Assembly (NCBI GenBank): GCA_042408215.1
Contig: JAYFMW010000007.1
Span: 32,001-96,000, forward strand
Reading direction: 5' to 3'
DNA: 64,000 nt
DNA from: Microcoleus sp.
Lineage (GTDB): Bacteria > Cyanobacteriota > Cyanobacteriia > Cyanobacteriales > Microcoleaceae
Shown here: one piece after another, positions 10,503 to 21,450 of the stretch
Position numbering within the stretch: position 1 is the stretch's first letter
Layout of the letters: every line of letters starts with the position of its first letter
Notes under the pieces: model-generated
Databases searched by the model: none
What the model saw: the letters and a program-made list of their open reading frames with translations, nothing else
What the model was told of the DNA's origin: nothing
Position numbers and translations under genes: made by a program

Positions 10503-10590
10503 TGTGGTACGATCGACACACAGGTCCGATCGACTCTCAGCGGTTTGACTTTTCGCTCCAGGTTTTGAACTCCCACTCAAAAGATTTTAT

Positions 10591-11055
10591 ATGGCAACTG
10601 CAACAGTTTATCCCAACGCTCCCGATCTCTGCACCTCCGACTATGTAGCAGTTGGTTTGGCCACTTGCTTCGTGAAAGAAGAAGGTGAAGTTCTCCAAGT
10701 ACAAGTAATTGAAGCTATCCCCTCAGCAGCTTTGGAAGCAATTGTCAAGGGAATTCCCACATCTTATCAAATGATTTGCGGGACAACTTTAGGGGCAGTG
10801 ATCGACGGTGAAGCACCCAAAATGCTGCCCGAATTCCCCACATCAGCTCAGTTTTGCGAAGAATTTGGCTTTCGGGCGATCGCGGCCGCCCGCACTTACA
10901 AAATCCGCCCGCAAGCTCAATCTCACATTCCCTTGGGAACAGTTCGCAGCGACTTTTCTTATTCCCTAGAACGCAAAAGAGTTCTCAATACCCAGCGCGT
11001 TGTTCGCACTGAAGACAATGTAAAACAACACGAACACACTCACAAAGTTCTTTAA
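10591..11055 (+). CDS. Conserved cyanobacterial hypothetical protein
   Basis: 154-aa ORF with GLATCF, IPSAALE, KRVLN...DNVKQH pattern. Confidence 0.75.
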   Translation: MATATVYPNAPDLCTSDYVAVGLATCFVKEEGEVLQVQVIEAIPSAALEAIVKGIPTSYQMICGTTLGAVIDGEAPKMLPEFPTSAQFCEEFGFRAIAAARTYKIRPQAQSHIPLGTVRSDFSYSLERKRVLNTQRVVRTEDNVKQHEHTHKVL

Positions 11056-11389
11056 ATGAATAAGTTTTCAGGTTTGACAGAGTTGTAAATTAAATAATTT
11101 TTAACTCTCAAATCAGCGGAAATTTAGCATCGCATTAGCCCAGGGATGTAGTGGATAGATTAGCAGCCAGGATTTGACTCCTTCTCTGATTCGCTGCATC
11201 CGTTTTATTGAGCAATAAATTATTCACAAAAAAAATCATTCCCCTGCTTAGGGAAACAACAGCGGTGCAACCAATGCAAACAGCCAACCTCCCATCACCA
11301 AGATTTCCACAAATATCAGAATAATATTTTTTTTCATAGCTCAAATGCAACCTCAAATATCAAACAAATTTCCTGATTTTACCCCTGTT

Positions 11390-11965
11390 TTATTTCCCTT
11401 CTCCTGCTTGATTCCCCTTAACCTTCGTGAAATCAAACATCGACAAAATCAACGGGAAACCCCCCACCTTTGCACTCATCAACAAGTGCATTGCCAGACA
11501 CAATACTAATATTATCCACCCCGAAGCGTGCAAATAATACCAAACCTGCGTCAATTCTCCCGCCGGTAGCCATTCTTCCTTAACCATACTCCCAGAGGCG
11601 ATCGAAAAAGTCATCGCCACCAACATCAGCGTATTCACAATCCGATGCAAACTGTACCACCAAATCGGTTTTCGGAATTGCGTCAATTTCCCAAAAGAAT
11701 CCGGCTGTACCAAGCGTTTTTGGCCCCTGTGGAAACTGTATAAAGCAAAAGCCGGCATGACGCCTAAAATTAACAGCTTGCCAAAAGTCCCATGAATCCC
11801 GATAATATCTGCAATCTGGGGCACTGGTACTTTGCCGAAGCGCCCGTCGTAAGTGTTGTACACTAGAAATGCGGTGATGATTGCTAAAAGGGCGATCGCA
11901 GCGTTAACCCCGTGCAGTAACCTGAGCAACAATGGTTGGTATGGTTTAGATTCCGGCATCGTCAA
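11390..11965 (-). CDS. Cytochrome b/b6-like membrane protein
   Basis: PYQPLLLRLLHG; four TM helices carrying His residues (IHG, LHR, LHA, MHL). Confidence 0.75.
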   Translation of the reverse strand: MTMPESKPYQPLLLRLLHGVNAAIALLAIITAFLVYNTYDGRFGKVPVPQIADIIGIHGTFGKLLILGVMPAFALYSFHRGQKRLVQPDSFGKLTQFRKPIWWYSLHRIVNTLMLVAMTFSIASGSMVKEEWLPAGELTQVWYYLHASGWIILVLCLAMHLLMSAKVGGFPLILSMFDFTKVKGNQAGEGK

Positions 11966-12123
11966 TTCTGCTAGTTGATAACTCTTCCTATAATACAGCT
12001 TGGTACAACTTTTTTCAATCCCGCAAATTATGAAATAAATGTGATTTGAAAATGAATGAATTATGAGAAAAATGCAATTTCAGAAAAATTTAGTGTAAAG
12101 TTAAAGAGTTTAGGACTAAGGCA

Positions 12124-12189
12124 AAAAAACCCGGTTTGTCCGAAAAATAATGCCTCGAACCGAGAGATTGACACAGAAACCGGGTTTTT
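12124..12189. repeat. AAACCCGGTTT/AAACCGGGTTTT-ended dispersed repeat
   Basis: Inverted ends; related copies at 16820-16990 and about 60085-60200. Confidence 0.6.
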
Positions 12190-12246
12190 GACCCCGTTAA
12201 AAATTAAGAGCAATACTTTACCCATAACATCAAACAGTTCACAAAA

Positions 12247-12825
12247 ATGGATGCAGCCACTACCGTCTTACTTTCCTTGGGACTAGCAGCAGATGCTTTT
12301 GCTGTTTCGATTTCCAGCGGTTTAGCAATTAAACACATGAAAGTCAATAAAGCTTTAAAAATTGCTTTATTTTTCGGTGGTTTTCAAGCTTTGATGCCGG
12401 TAATCGGATGGTCTATCGGTCTGACTTTCAGTTTCTTGATATCTGCGATCGACCATTGGATAGCTTTCGGGCTTTTGAGTTTCATAGGCGGTAAAATGAT
12501 TTATGAATCCCTGCAAAAGGACGAATGCGAAAAGAAATTCAATCCTTTAGATACGGGTACTTTGATCGCGCTGTCGGTGGCGACAAGTATAGATGCTTTA
12601 GCAGTGGGAATTGGATTTGCTGTACTGAAAGATTCTATTGCTCCTGCGGTGACTGCCATAGGATTCATTACTTTCTTTTTAGCATTTGCCGGTGTGTTGA
12701 TCGGTCACAAATGCGGCAATTTATTTGCCAATAAAATAGAGATGTTGGGCGGAGCAATTTTAATTTTTATTGGTAGTAGAATCTTGTTTTTGCACTTAAC
12801 TGAATTGCCAGTCATTAGTCATTAG
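12247..12825 (+). CDS. mntP: Manganese efflux pump MntP family
   Basis: LAADAFAVS, FQALMP, DHWIAF, ATSIDALAVG. Confidence 0.92.
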   Translation: MDAATTVLLSLGLAADAFAVSISSGLAIKHMKVNKALKIALFFGGFQALMPVIGWSIGLTFSFLISAIDHWIAFGLLSFIGGKMIYESLQKDECEKKFNPLDTGTLIALSVATSIDALAVGIGFAVLKDSIAPAVTAIGFITFFLAFAGVLIGHKCGNLFANKIEMLGGAILIFIGSRILFLHLTELPVISH

Positions 12826-13042
12826 TCATTAGTCATTAGTCATTAGTTATTAGTTACTGGTTATTATTGGTGATTGGCGAGACTCTGCCTGGTCACACAT
12901 AGTGGGAAGAGCTGCCTCTAATTCCAATTCCCCGAAAGGAGGAGAAAAAAAAATGAGCAAATAACCAATAACCAATAACCAATAACCAATAACCAATAAC
13001 CAATAACCAATAACCAATAACCAATAACCAATAACCAATAAC
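12810..13042. repeat. Heptamer STRR arrays (GTCATTA; TAACCAA about 11 copies)
   Basis: Direct 7-bp tandem repeats at 12810-12850 and 12960-13042. Confidence 0.9.
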
Positions 13043-13082
13043 AAATGCTACAATAATAATATTGCGTTAAAGGAAAAAAACG

Positions 13083-13637
13083 GTGCTGAAACTGTACGGT
13101 GGAGCTCGCAGCAGAGCATCAATTGTCAAGTGGTATTTAGAAGAAATAGGCGTTCCCTATGAATTCGTGACGCTAGATATGCAAGCAGGAGCGCACTTGC
13201 AGCCAGATTATCTCGAAATTAACCCGATCGGCAAAGTACCCGCGATCGCCGATGGAGATTTTAAACTTTGGGAATCCGGCGCAATTCTGATCTACTTGGC
13301 TCAAAAACATGGTAAAATGCCGGAGACTGTGGAGCAACAAGCTCAAATCGTGCAGTGGGTAATGTTTGCTAACGCTACCCTAGGGCCGGGAATATTTGTG
13401 GAAGCAAGTCGCGATCGCGAAACTCCCAAATTGTTAACACCCCTCAATAACATCTTCGAGAAACAGCCGTTTTTGATGGGCGATGAATTCAGTGTCGCCG
13501 ACGCAGCAGTCGGAGCAATTTTAAACTACATTCCCATGATGCTAAAACTAGACCTCAGCGCTTATCCGGCGGTTTTGGAATATATCAAGCGAATTGCAGA
13601 AAGACCTGCATTCCAAAAAGCGATCGGCGGGGGCTAA
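13083..13637 (+). CDS. Glutathione S-transferase family protein
   Basis: INPIGKVPAI, LWESGAILIYL, FSVADA. Confidence 0.93.
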   Translation: MLKLYGGARSRASIVKWYLEEIGVPYEFVTLDMQAGAHLQPDYLEINPIGKVPAIADGDFKLWESGAILIYLAQKHGKMPETVEQQAQIVQWVMFANATLGPGIFVEASRDRETPKLLTPLNNIFEKQPFLMGDEFSVADAAVGAILNYIPMMLKLDLSAYPAVLEYIKRIAERPAFQKAIGGG

Positions 13638-13755
13638 ACAGAACATATCAGAATTATTCATCTCTCTGGGATCTTTCTCTGCGCTCTCTGCGCTCTCTGC
13701 GGTTAAATAATTCCAAAACAACCGTAAACGAGATCAGCCCAAAAACTCAACAGCT

Positions 13756-13791
13756 AAAAGCAGGGACAATTTTGGAATTGCCCCTGTTTTT
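13756..13791. terminator. Probable bidirectional intrinsic terminator between GST and psbK
   Basis: AAAAGCAGGGACAATT-TTGG-AATTGCCCCTGTTTTT stem flanked by A/T tracts. Confidence 0.6.
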
Positions 13792-13804
13792 AGTAAAATC
13801 AGAG

Positions 13805-13942
13805 TTATCTGAATCCGACAGCCGCTTGCCAAACAAAAGCCAGCAGCAAGAAAAACACGGGAATCACTGGCAAAACATTAATCAAAGGGTCAAAGATCGC
13901 ATAAGCTTCGGGCAGCTTTGCTAAAAGTAATGCAGCTTCCAT
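13805..13942 (-). CDS. psbK: Photosystem II protein K (missing from the ORF track)
   Basis: Manual translation [45 protein letters not shown]; lies downstream of tgt. Confidence 0.97.
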   Translation of the reverse strand: MEAALLLAKLPEAYAIFDPLINVLPVIPVFFLLLAFVWQAAVGFR

Positions 13943-14002
13943 GAATCAACCTACCTATCCAAAACAATTTTAATAATTGTCGCATATCTTAAGCAAAGGC
14001 AA

Positions 14003-15172
<1,170 letters not shown>

Positions 15173-15192
15173 TTAGTCGAGCTAATTTTGAC

Positions 15193-15277
15193 CAAAAATT
15201 TCTTGATGGTACAAGCTCCCGAATTTATCCGTGGGGTCAATCCAAAATCTCAAATCTCAAATCTCAAATCGAATGAC
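15193..15277 (+). mobile_element. 85-bp single-hairpin TGAC-ended mini-element
   Basis: TGAC|CAAAAATTTCTTGATGGTACAAGCTCCCGAATTTATCCGTGGGGTCAATCC...AAATCGAATGAC; homologous to the 140-bp unit. Confidence 0.75.
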
Positions 15278-15299
15278 CTTAGCCTTAGCCAACGATCCT

Positions 15300-15749
15300 T
15301 TAAAACGGCGAATCGTCGTCATCCAATTGAAAATCCCAGTTACCTGAGAGTACCTGATCGACAACTGCATCCAAAGCAGCAGCATTTAAGTTCCGGGCGA
15401 CTTGCTCTTGTAAAGGATTGGAGAGGGGAATTAACCGCAACAGTCGTCCATCTTGAATCAGGTCAAAATAAGCTCCCTCGACTGCGGACTGTTGGAGTTC
15501 CAGATAATCAAAACTGAAAACATTCAAATAAAGGGCATGATTGGCAATCAGGGTGGAACGGTGGGGGTTCGCGAAGACTTCGAGTACATAACCTTCTCCT
15601 TCGCTGTAAATCTGGCCATCCTGTATGTGAAGGTAGCGGACACGTCCTAAATCAAACAGCAATCTTTGGATATCGCGCTTGTTGACAACAATGCCCCTAT
15701 CGATGATACAAGGAGCAGCCACCCTGTTATTTAATTGGTCGTGACTCAT
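15300..15749 (-). CDS. Conserved cyanobacterial hypothetical protein
   Basis: 149-aa ORF with acidic tail. Confidence 0.75.
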   Translation of the reverse strand: MSHDQLNNRVAAPCIIDRGIVVNKRDIQRLLFDLGRVRYLHIQDGQIYSEGEGYVLEVFANPHRSTLIANHALYLNVFSFDYLELQQSAVEGAYFDLIQDGRLLRLIPLSNPLQEQVARNLNAAALDAVVDQVLSGNWDFQLDDDDSPF

Positions 15750-16011
15750 GGAGCAAAAGCCTCTGGTGTAGTATGTTCCCCTGGTCGGAAATCAGGGAGT
15801 TAGCTAGAGTTTCTAGAAGGGAAACGCTTGTCTTGAGTTGAGTTTCAGTAGATACGGAGCTTCGGGATCGCTGTCGGTAGCAGTTTTCTTAGGAAAAGAG
15901 CGATCGGCAGTGGTCATGTCCGATCCAAAAGACGAAAGGGTGTTACCGATCCAATTCTGGCATACGCTAATGGATTCACAACTGGATCAAATGTGAAAAA
16001 ATTTCTATCTT

Positions 16012-16809
16012 ATGGTGGATGATAAGTTGGTTCGCTCGCTCGAAGAGTTTTTCAGGAATCAGGGGGCTGCCCTAGCCGCCGCGATCGCCTTTTATACTTG
16101 TTTGCCGGTACCGATGTCTTGGACTTTGGAATTTCGCGGTATTGCTCGCTTTGCACCGGCGATCGGGCTGTCGATCGGGGGGATACTAGGAATTGCCGAT
16201 CTAGGGCTACGGTTGCTGGGGATGCCTGCTCTGACTCGATCGGCCTTAGTAGTAGTATTGGGCATTGCCGTGACTGGCGGGCTGCACCTAGATGGGGCTA
16301 TGGACGCGGCGGACGGCCTGGCTGTACCAGACCCCGTGCGCCGGCTGGAAGTGATGAGGGACAGCGTTACAGGGGCCTTTGGGGCGATGGCTGCGGTGTC
16401 GCTCCTGTTGTTAAAAACAGCGGCTCTGTCGGACTTGAATAACTATCGGTGGTTGGCTTTGATGGGTGTCGCGGGTTGGGGAAGATGGGGGCAATTAGTG
16501 TCGATCGCCCGCTATCCCTATCTCCGGGCCCAGGGCAAAGGAGCTTTTCACAAAGAATCAATTTATTCTCCTTTTGATTTGATCCCTGGAGTGTTATTGC
16601 TACTGAGCTTAAGTGTATTGCAAGTGGTACTCGATGGCGATCGCTGGCTGTTAGCGGTGGGGATGGCTTTGGGGGGAAGTTCGATCGGGATTCTGACCGG
16701 TGCATGGTTTAACTACCGTTTGGGCGGGCACACGGGCGATACCTACGGTGCCGTAGTTGAGTGGACGGAGGCTTTGTTGTTATGTCTGTTGGCCGCGTTG
16801 GAAGGGTAA
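16012..16809 (+). CDS. cobS: Adenosylcobinamide-GDP ribazoletransferase
   Basis: [36 protein letters not shown]. Confidence 0.95.
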   Translation: MVDDKLVRSLEEFFRNQGAALAAAIAFYTCLPVPMSWTLEFRGIARFAPAIGLSIGGILGIADLGLRLLGMPALTRSALVVVLGIAVTGGLHLDGAMDAADGLAVPDPVRRLEVMRDSVTGAFGAMAAVSLLLLKTAALSDLNNYRWLALMGVAGWGRWGQLVSIARYPYLRAQGKGAFHKESIYSPFDLIPGVLLLLSLSVLQVVLDGDRWLLAVGMALGGSSIGILTGAWFNYRLGGHTGDTYGAVVEWTEALLLCLLAALEG

Positions 16810-17138
16810 TCTCAGTGGTCAGAAACCGGGGTTTTTTACGAAAATACCTCGTTTGTACCCGTAGATTTGGTAAACACATTCGGCTTCGCGAGCGTGCTTT
16901 GTCGAAGACGCATAGGCTCTCAGAAACCGGGTTTTTTTACTAAATCCTTGATTTTTACCCACAAATTTGGTAAACACATTCGGCTTCGCGATCGTGCTTT
17001 GGTCTGTGTGCGTAAGTTTTGTGGCTGTAATATTTATCGGCTGAGCCGATGTTAACTTAAATTCTACCGCCCTGTAAAGTAGAATAGATACATATTACGG
17101 ATACCTTCGCTAAGCGAGCATTAACAGGGCGATCGGTT

Positions 17139-17203
17139 TGTAGTAAGGACTTCAGTCCTGATTAATTAAAACTCAGAAATGAGGACTAAAGTCCTCACTA
17201 CAA
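17139..17203. repeat. Inverted GTAG-type REP doublet
   Basis: TGTAGTAAGGACTTCAGTCCT...AGGACTAAAGTCCTCACTACA; single copy at about 25075. Confidence 0.7.
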
Positions 17204-17213
17204 ACATTGATTT

Positions 17214-18968
17214 TTACCCCTTAGCCTCAACCCAAACAGTCACCCCTTCAACCCTCAAACCTTTGCCACGAGTGCCGCAGTATTGACCGTTAGCAGTAAC
17301 AGGAGTATCACCGACATTCTGGATGTGAGCCGTATAAAATACGTCGTATTTATCAGCTTCTGAGCCAGTCAGCCGCACGGCAAATCCCTCAATCCGCTTC
17401 GCTTTGCCGCGGAATCCAGCTAAGTCTCCTTCCGATATCCAAGCAGTGTCGCCAACTCCTTCGACATGAGCCATGTACTGCAAATTTAAACCGGCGACGG
17501 GAGGCTCTATTTTAATTTGAAATCCTTCGACGCGACGCCCTTGAGCGCGAGTGCCGGCATATTCTCGATCGCTAAAAGTTCGATCGCCAATTCCTTGAAT
17601 ATGCGCCAACACTTTTAACCCCACAGGTGCCACTGGTTGAGCTGCTGATGCCGATCGCACGATCCAAACCTTCAAACCCTCCACCCTCAAACCTTTGCCA
17701 CGAGTGCCACAATATTCGCCGTTAGAGGACACCTCGGTATCGCCGACATTCTGAATGTGAGCAGTGTAAAATACGTTGTAATTAGCAGCTTCCGGGCCGC
17801 TCAACCGCACCGCAAACCCTTCAATTCGTTTTGCTTGGCCGCGAAAACCAGCCAATTCCCCCTCATTGATCCAAGGAGTATCGCCAACACCTTCGACATG
17901 AGCCATGTACTGCACGCTCAAACCGGGAATTGGCGGGTCGATACTAATCTCAAATCCTTCAATGCGACGCCCTTGAGCGCGAGTACCCGCGTATTCCATA
18001 GCACCAAAAGTGCGATCGCCAATCCCCTGAATGTGAACCAACACTTTCATAGCTAAAGCCCCCTCTAGTTGCACCTGTTGAGTGCGGGGAGGTTCGCCAA
18101 AAACAATGTTCCCGGAGATCGTAGTCAGTCGGGACTGGGGTATCTCAATACTGGGAACAATAATTACCTCGTGCACCGGGGCTGAAGGTGAGGGGGATTC
18201 CAAAATTTTGATCTCAGGCCGAACTACCACTTGTTTCGGTGGTGCAACATTTCCCGACGGGATGACGATGACTTCTGGCAAGGGTTGGGCGCTGATTTTG
18301 GGCTCTACCGCAGCCGCTTTGAATGCGGGTTCCAGTTGAGCAGGCTCCTCGATCTCGGCAACGGTTAATTTGCCTCGGAAAATGGCTACAGCTAATTGTT
18401 TACCAAAGGAGGCGCTGACTATTTCTTCGAGGATCACCCACTGTTCGTCATCTAGTTTGTCTTGCTGTGCCACTAGGGCCAGCACTGCTGAAACTGGGTG
18501 TTTCCCACTGACTAAGGATTCTGCGTCGGAATGCAGTTGAGTCGGGGTTGATTCGGAAATCGCGCGATAAAGTTCGCGGGCTTTGGTATGAACTGATTGT
18601 AATGGGGCAAAATCGCTTTGTTCGCGGTGGGCGATGGCTAAAACTCGATCGAGCACTTTTAAGGCTTGCGATCGAATTTCTGCTTTTCCTTCTGAGGCTG
18701 CTACCATCTCGACTAAGTTTTGAATGTCTTTGAGGGAAGCAATTTCGCTGGGCGATTGAACGGAACTTGGCCACATCTTGAGAGCTTGTTTTTGGACCAC
18801 TGCAAAGTTGCGGCTGTAGGTGGCGATTTCAGCGAGCAAGCTTTCTGAGGGTGGAATGCCGGAGTTTTGGAGTTGCTGAGCCGCTTGCAAGAGCCGATCG
18901 GCTAAATTAGGATAATTTTCAGATAATCTGGCTATTTGTTGTAGTAAATCTTTATGAACTGGTTCCAT
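17214..18968 (-). CDS. Helical N-terminal domain + six ChW-like repeats
   Basis: Repeats such as HIQGIGD...GTRAQGRRIEG and HIQNVGD...GTRGKGLRVEG, arranged as two triplets. Confidence 0.75.
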   Translation of the reverse strand: MEPVHKDLLQQIARLSENYPNLADRLLQAAQQLQNSGIPPSESLLAEIATYSRNFAVVQKQALKMWPSSVQSPSEIASLKDIQNLVEMVAASEGKAEIRSQALKVLDRVLAIAHREQSDFAPLQSVHTKARELYRAISESTPTQLHSDAESLVSGKHPVSAVLALVAQQDKLDDEQWVILEEIVSASFGKQLAVAIFRGKLTVAEIEEPAQLEPAFKAAAVEPKISAQPLPEVIVIPSGNVAPPKQVVVRPEIKILESPSPSAPVHEVIIVPSIEIPQSRLTTISGNIVFGEPPRTQQVQLEGALAMKVLVHIQGIGDRTFGAMEYAGTRAQGRRIEGFEISIDPPIPGLSVQYMAHVEGVGDTPWINEGELAGFRGQAKRIEGFAVRLSGPEAANYNVFYTAHIQNVGDTEVSSNGEYCGTRGKGLRVEGLKVWIVRSASAAQPVAPVGLKVLAHIQGIGDRTFSDREYAGTRAQGRRVEGFQIKIEPPVAGLNLQYMAHVEGVGDTAWISEGDLAGFRGKAKRIEGFAVRLTGSEADKYDVFYTAHIQNVGDTPVTANGQYCGTRGKGLRVEGVTVWVEAKG

Positions 18969-19012
18969 AGTCTTGCCGTAAATATTTAACTTGCCAATTA
19001 TAGAGGAAGAAG

Positions 19013-19277
19013 TCTGTTGGCTGTTGGCTGTTGGCTGTTGACTGTTGGCTGTTGGCTGTTGGCTGTTGGCTGTTGGCTGTTGGCTGTTGACTGTTGGCTG
19101 TTAACTGTTAACTGTTAACTGTTAACTGTTGGCTGTTGGCTGTTGGCTGTTGGCTGTTGGCTGTTGGCTGTTGACGGTTGACTGTTGGCTGTTGACTGTT
19201 TACTGTTGTCATTAGTTACCAATGCCCCATGCCCCATGCCCCATGCCCCATGCCCCATGCCCGATGCCCCACGCCCA
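19013..19277. repeat. Heptamer STRR arrays (CTGTTGR; ATGCCCC)
   Basis: More than 25 tandem 7-mers followed by a second 7-mer array. Confidence 0.9.
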
Positions 19278-19280
19278 TAG

Positions 19281-19385
19281 AGTGATCTGGGTCACACCTG
19301 AACCGATCGCCGGTCACAATCCATGAATCAGTCCGTCACAAGCAACTGCTGAAAATGTCACACAAACCGAGCAATAGCCGTCACT
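19281..19385 (+). promoter_or_regulatory. CRP-like site plus phased GTCAC(A) repeats
   Basis: AGTGA-N6-TCACA at 19281-19296; GTCAC at 19291, 19313, 19335, 19357 and 19380. Confidence 0.55.
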
Positions 19386-19451
19386 GCGGAGTCAGTGAAA
19401 ACAGTTGATACTGAAGATCTTGATCTTCAACTAATCCAACTTACAAGTGTA

Positions 19452-19685
19452 ATGGTAATGATTCGCGACCTCTCCCAACAAGCTCTGGCAATGGGCTATC
19501 TAACTCTTGAAGCCGAAAATCAACTGCGGCGGATGTTAACTACCACGAAGTATGACTTGGAAGACTTAAATGCTTTCATGACTTTGCAGCTAGCAACTAT
19601 GTCTGGTTTGGTGAAACAAGAATCTCGCGAGTCTAGAGAATACCCAGATTTATCCGATACAGCCTCTGAGACTTCCAGTGGATAA
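19452..19685 (+). CDS. Small conserved cyanobacterial protein, paralog 1
   Basis: IRDLSQQALAMGYLTLEAENQLR...DLEDLNAFMTLQLA. Confidence 0.75.
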   Translation: MVMIRDLSQQALAMGYLTLEAENQLRRMLTTTKYDLEDLNAFMTLQLATMSGLVKQESRESREYPDLSDTASETSSG

Positions 19686-19729
19686 GTAAATTGCTGTTTT
19701 TAGATGCAAACTTAGTAGGAAATATTTCG

Positions 19730-19945
19730 ATGGTGCTGATTCGGGAAGTTGTTGAACAAGCTATAAATTCGGGATATTTGACTAGGGAAGCGGAAAATCA
19801 AATGCGGGAAATATTCGCGACAACGAAGTGCGATTTGGAAGATTTGGATGCTTTTATGAGCTTGCAGTTAGCAGCTATGGCTGGCCGCGTGAAGCAAGAG
19901 TCTTTGGAATCGATCAACTCGACGGATATTTATGAGAGAAATTAA
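19730..19945 (+). CDS. Small conserved cyanobacterial protein, paralog 2
   Basis: IREVVEQAINSGYLTREAENQMR...DLEDLDAFMSLQLA; clearly similar to the upstream ORF. Confidence 0.75.
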   Translation: MVLIREVVEQAINSGYLTREAENQMREIFATTKCDLEDLDAFMSLQLAAMAGRVKQESLESINSTDIYERN

Positions 19946-19971
19946 TTAGTTCGGCTTCTGTAGAGGAGTTT

Positions 19972-20958
19972 TCAAGCCGCGCAGTAGTAGTCTCGATACC
20001 ACTTTACAAAGTGATTGATTCCTTCCTCGATCGGCGTTACTGGCTTAAACCCTACATCTTTCATTAACTCATCTACATCCGCATAAGTAGACGGTACGTC
20101 ACCGGGCTGCATCGGTAACAGATTCTTAGTGACAGTTTGACCCATTGCTGATTCAATGACTTCAATAAAAGTCAACAATTCCACAGGGGAATTATTACCA
20201 ATATTGTAAATCTTATAGGGAGCAGTGCTTGAATTTTGTGAATTGGACTGAGGCGACTTGTACATTACCCGTACAACTCCTTCAATTACATCGTCAATGT
20301 ATGTGAAGTCGCGCTGCATTTTGCCGAAGTTGTAAACATCAATAGGTTGGTTTTCGGCGATCGCTTTCACAAACTTGAAATAAGCCATATCCGGTCGTCC
20401 CCAAGGGCCGTACACTGTAAAAAAGCGCAATCCGGTGATTGGTAAGTTGTACAAATGGCTGTAGCAATGAGCCATCAATTCATTGGCTTTTTTGGTGGCG
20501 GCGTAAAGGGATATCGGATGATCGACGTTATCGCTAACAGCAAAGGGAATTTTGGTATTAGCGCCGTAAACTGAACTGGAAGAAGCAAAAACTAAATGTT
20601 CGATTTGGCTGTGGCGACAACCTTCTAAGATGTTGAGAAATCCTGTGAGGTTGCTGTCTTCGTAAGCGTGGGGATTTTCCAGGGAGTAGCGCACGCCTGC
20701 TTGGGCGGCTAGGTGGACAACGCGGTCAAATTTTTGGTTTTGGAAAAGTTGGGATATGCCGGCGCGATCGCTCAAATCTAAATGCTGAAAAGTAAATTCT
20801 GAATGCGATTGGAGTTGAGCTAACCGCGCTTTTTTGAGGTTGACATCGTAATAGTCATTTAAGTTGTCTATACCGTAAACCTGTTCACCTTGGGACAATA
20901 ATCTTTGGGCTAAGTGATAGCCGATAAAGCCGGCAGCACCTGTTACTAAAATTTTCAT
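19972..20958 (-). CDS. NAD-dependent epimerase (UDP-glucuronate 4-epimerase-like)
   Basis: GAAGFIG, HLAAQAGVRYS, YAATKK, YGPWGRPDMA. Confidence 0.93.
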   Translation of the reverse strand: MKILVTGAAGFIGYHLAQRLLSQGEQVYGIDNLNDYYDVNLKKARLAQLQSHSEFTFQHLDLSDRAGISQLFQNQKFDRVVHLAAQAGVRYSLENPHAYEDSNLTGFLNILEGCRHSQIEHLVFASSSSVYGANTKIPFAVSDNVDHPISLYAATKKANELMAHCYSHLYNLPITGLRFFTVYGPWGRPDMAYFKFVKAIAENQPIDVYNFGKMQRDFTYIDDVIEGVVRVMYKSPQSNSQNSSTAPYKIYNIGNNSPVELLTFIEVIESAMGQTVTKNLLPMQPGDVPSTYADVDELMKDVGFKPVTPIEEGINHFVKWYRDYYCAA

Positions 20959-21038
20959 TGTGGTAATGGGTAATGGGTAATGGGTAATATCAATTCCGGT
21001 TGTACCGTCAGTGGTTCACTGTTGAGTGTTCACTACCG

Positions 21039-21280
21039 TTAGCCGTTCATAGCTTTGATTAAAATTCCTATTATTCTAGAAAAATTGGTGCTATAATCAT
21101 TTCTGAGCGAGCTTTTTCGGTATTAATTGAAACAGCTAGATCCATGTTTTTTTTGATAAGAGTTGTTAATAATTCGCTGGCTTCTATTTCGGGAACATCA
21201 GCCAAGAGTAGGGAAGACTCAGTAATTGTTAATTCAAAGATTTTACTTACATTACTTAATTTGAAATCGCTGTAAGCCAT
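21039..21280 (-). pseudogene. Internally deleted remnant of the cyanobacterial MAYSDF-type hypothetical family
   Basis: N-terminus ...NTEKARSEMIIAPIFLE joined out of frame to a C-terminal-like IIGILIKAMNG*. Confidence 0.6.
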
Positions 21281-21450
21281 TGCTTTTATAATTCGGATCG
21301 TCGGAATGATTTAACCGCAGAGAACGCAGAGAACACAGAGAAAGAGAAGAGAGAGGGATGAATAATTCCGATGTTAACGGATTTTATCTGAAGCGAAGCA
21401 ATGGTAGAGATTAAGCGATTGCTTCGTTTCACTCGCAATGACAAACTACG

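Noticed and set aside
12000..12246. yybP-ykoY manganese riboswitch before mntP
   Set aside because: No recognisable motif; the region holds a dispersed repeat.
12850..13044. LLVIGYW-repeat ORF and similar ORFs at 43319, 50026 and 51345
   Set aside because: Translations of heptamer arrays.
15750..16011. Cobalamin riboswitch before cobS
   Set aside because: B12-box and GCCACTG motifs were not seen.
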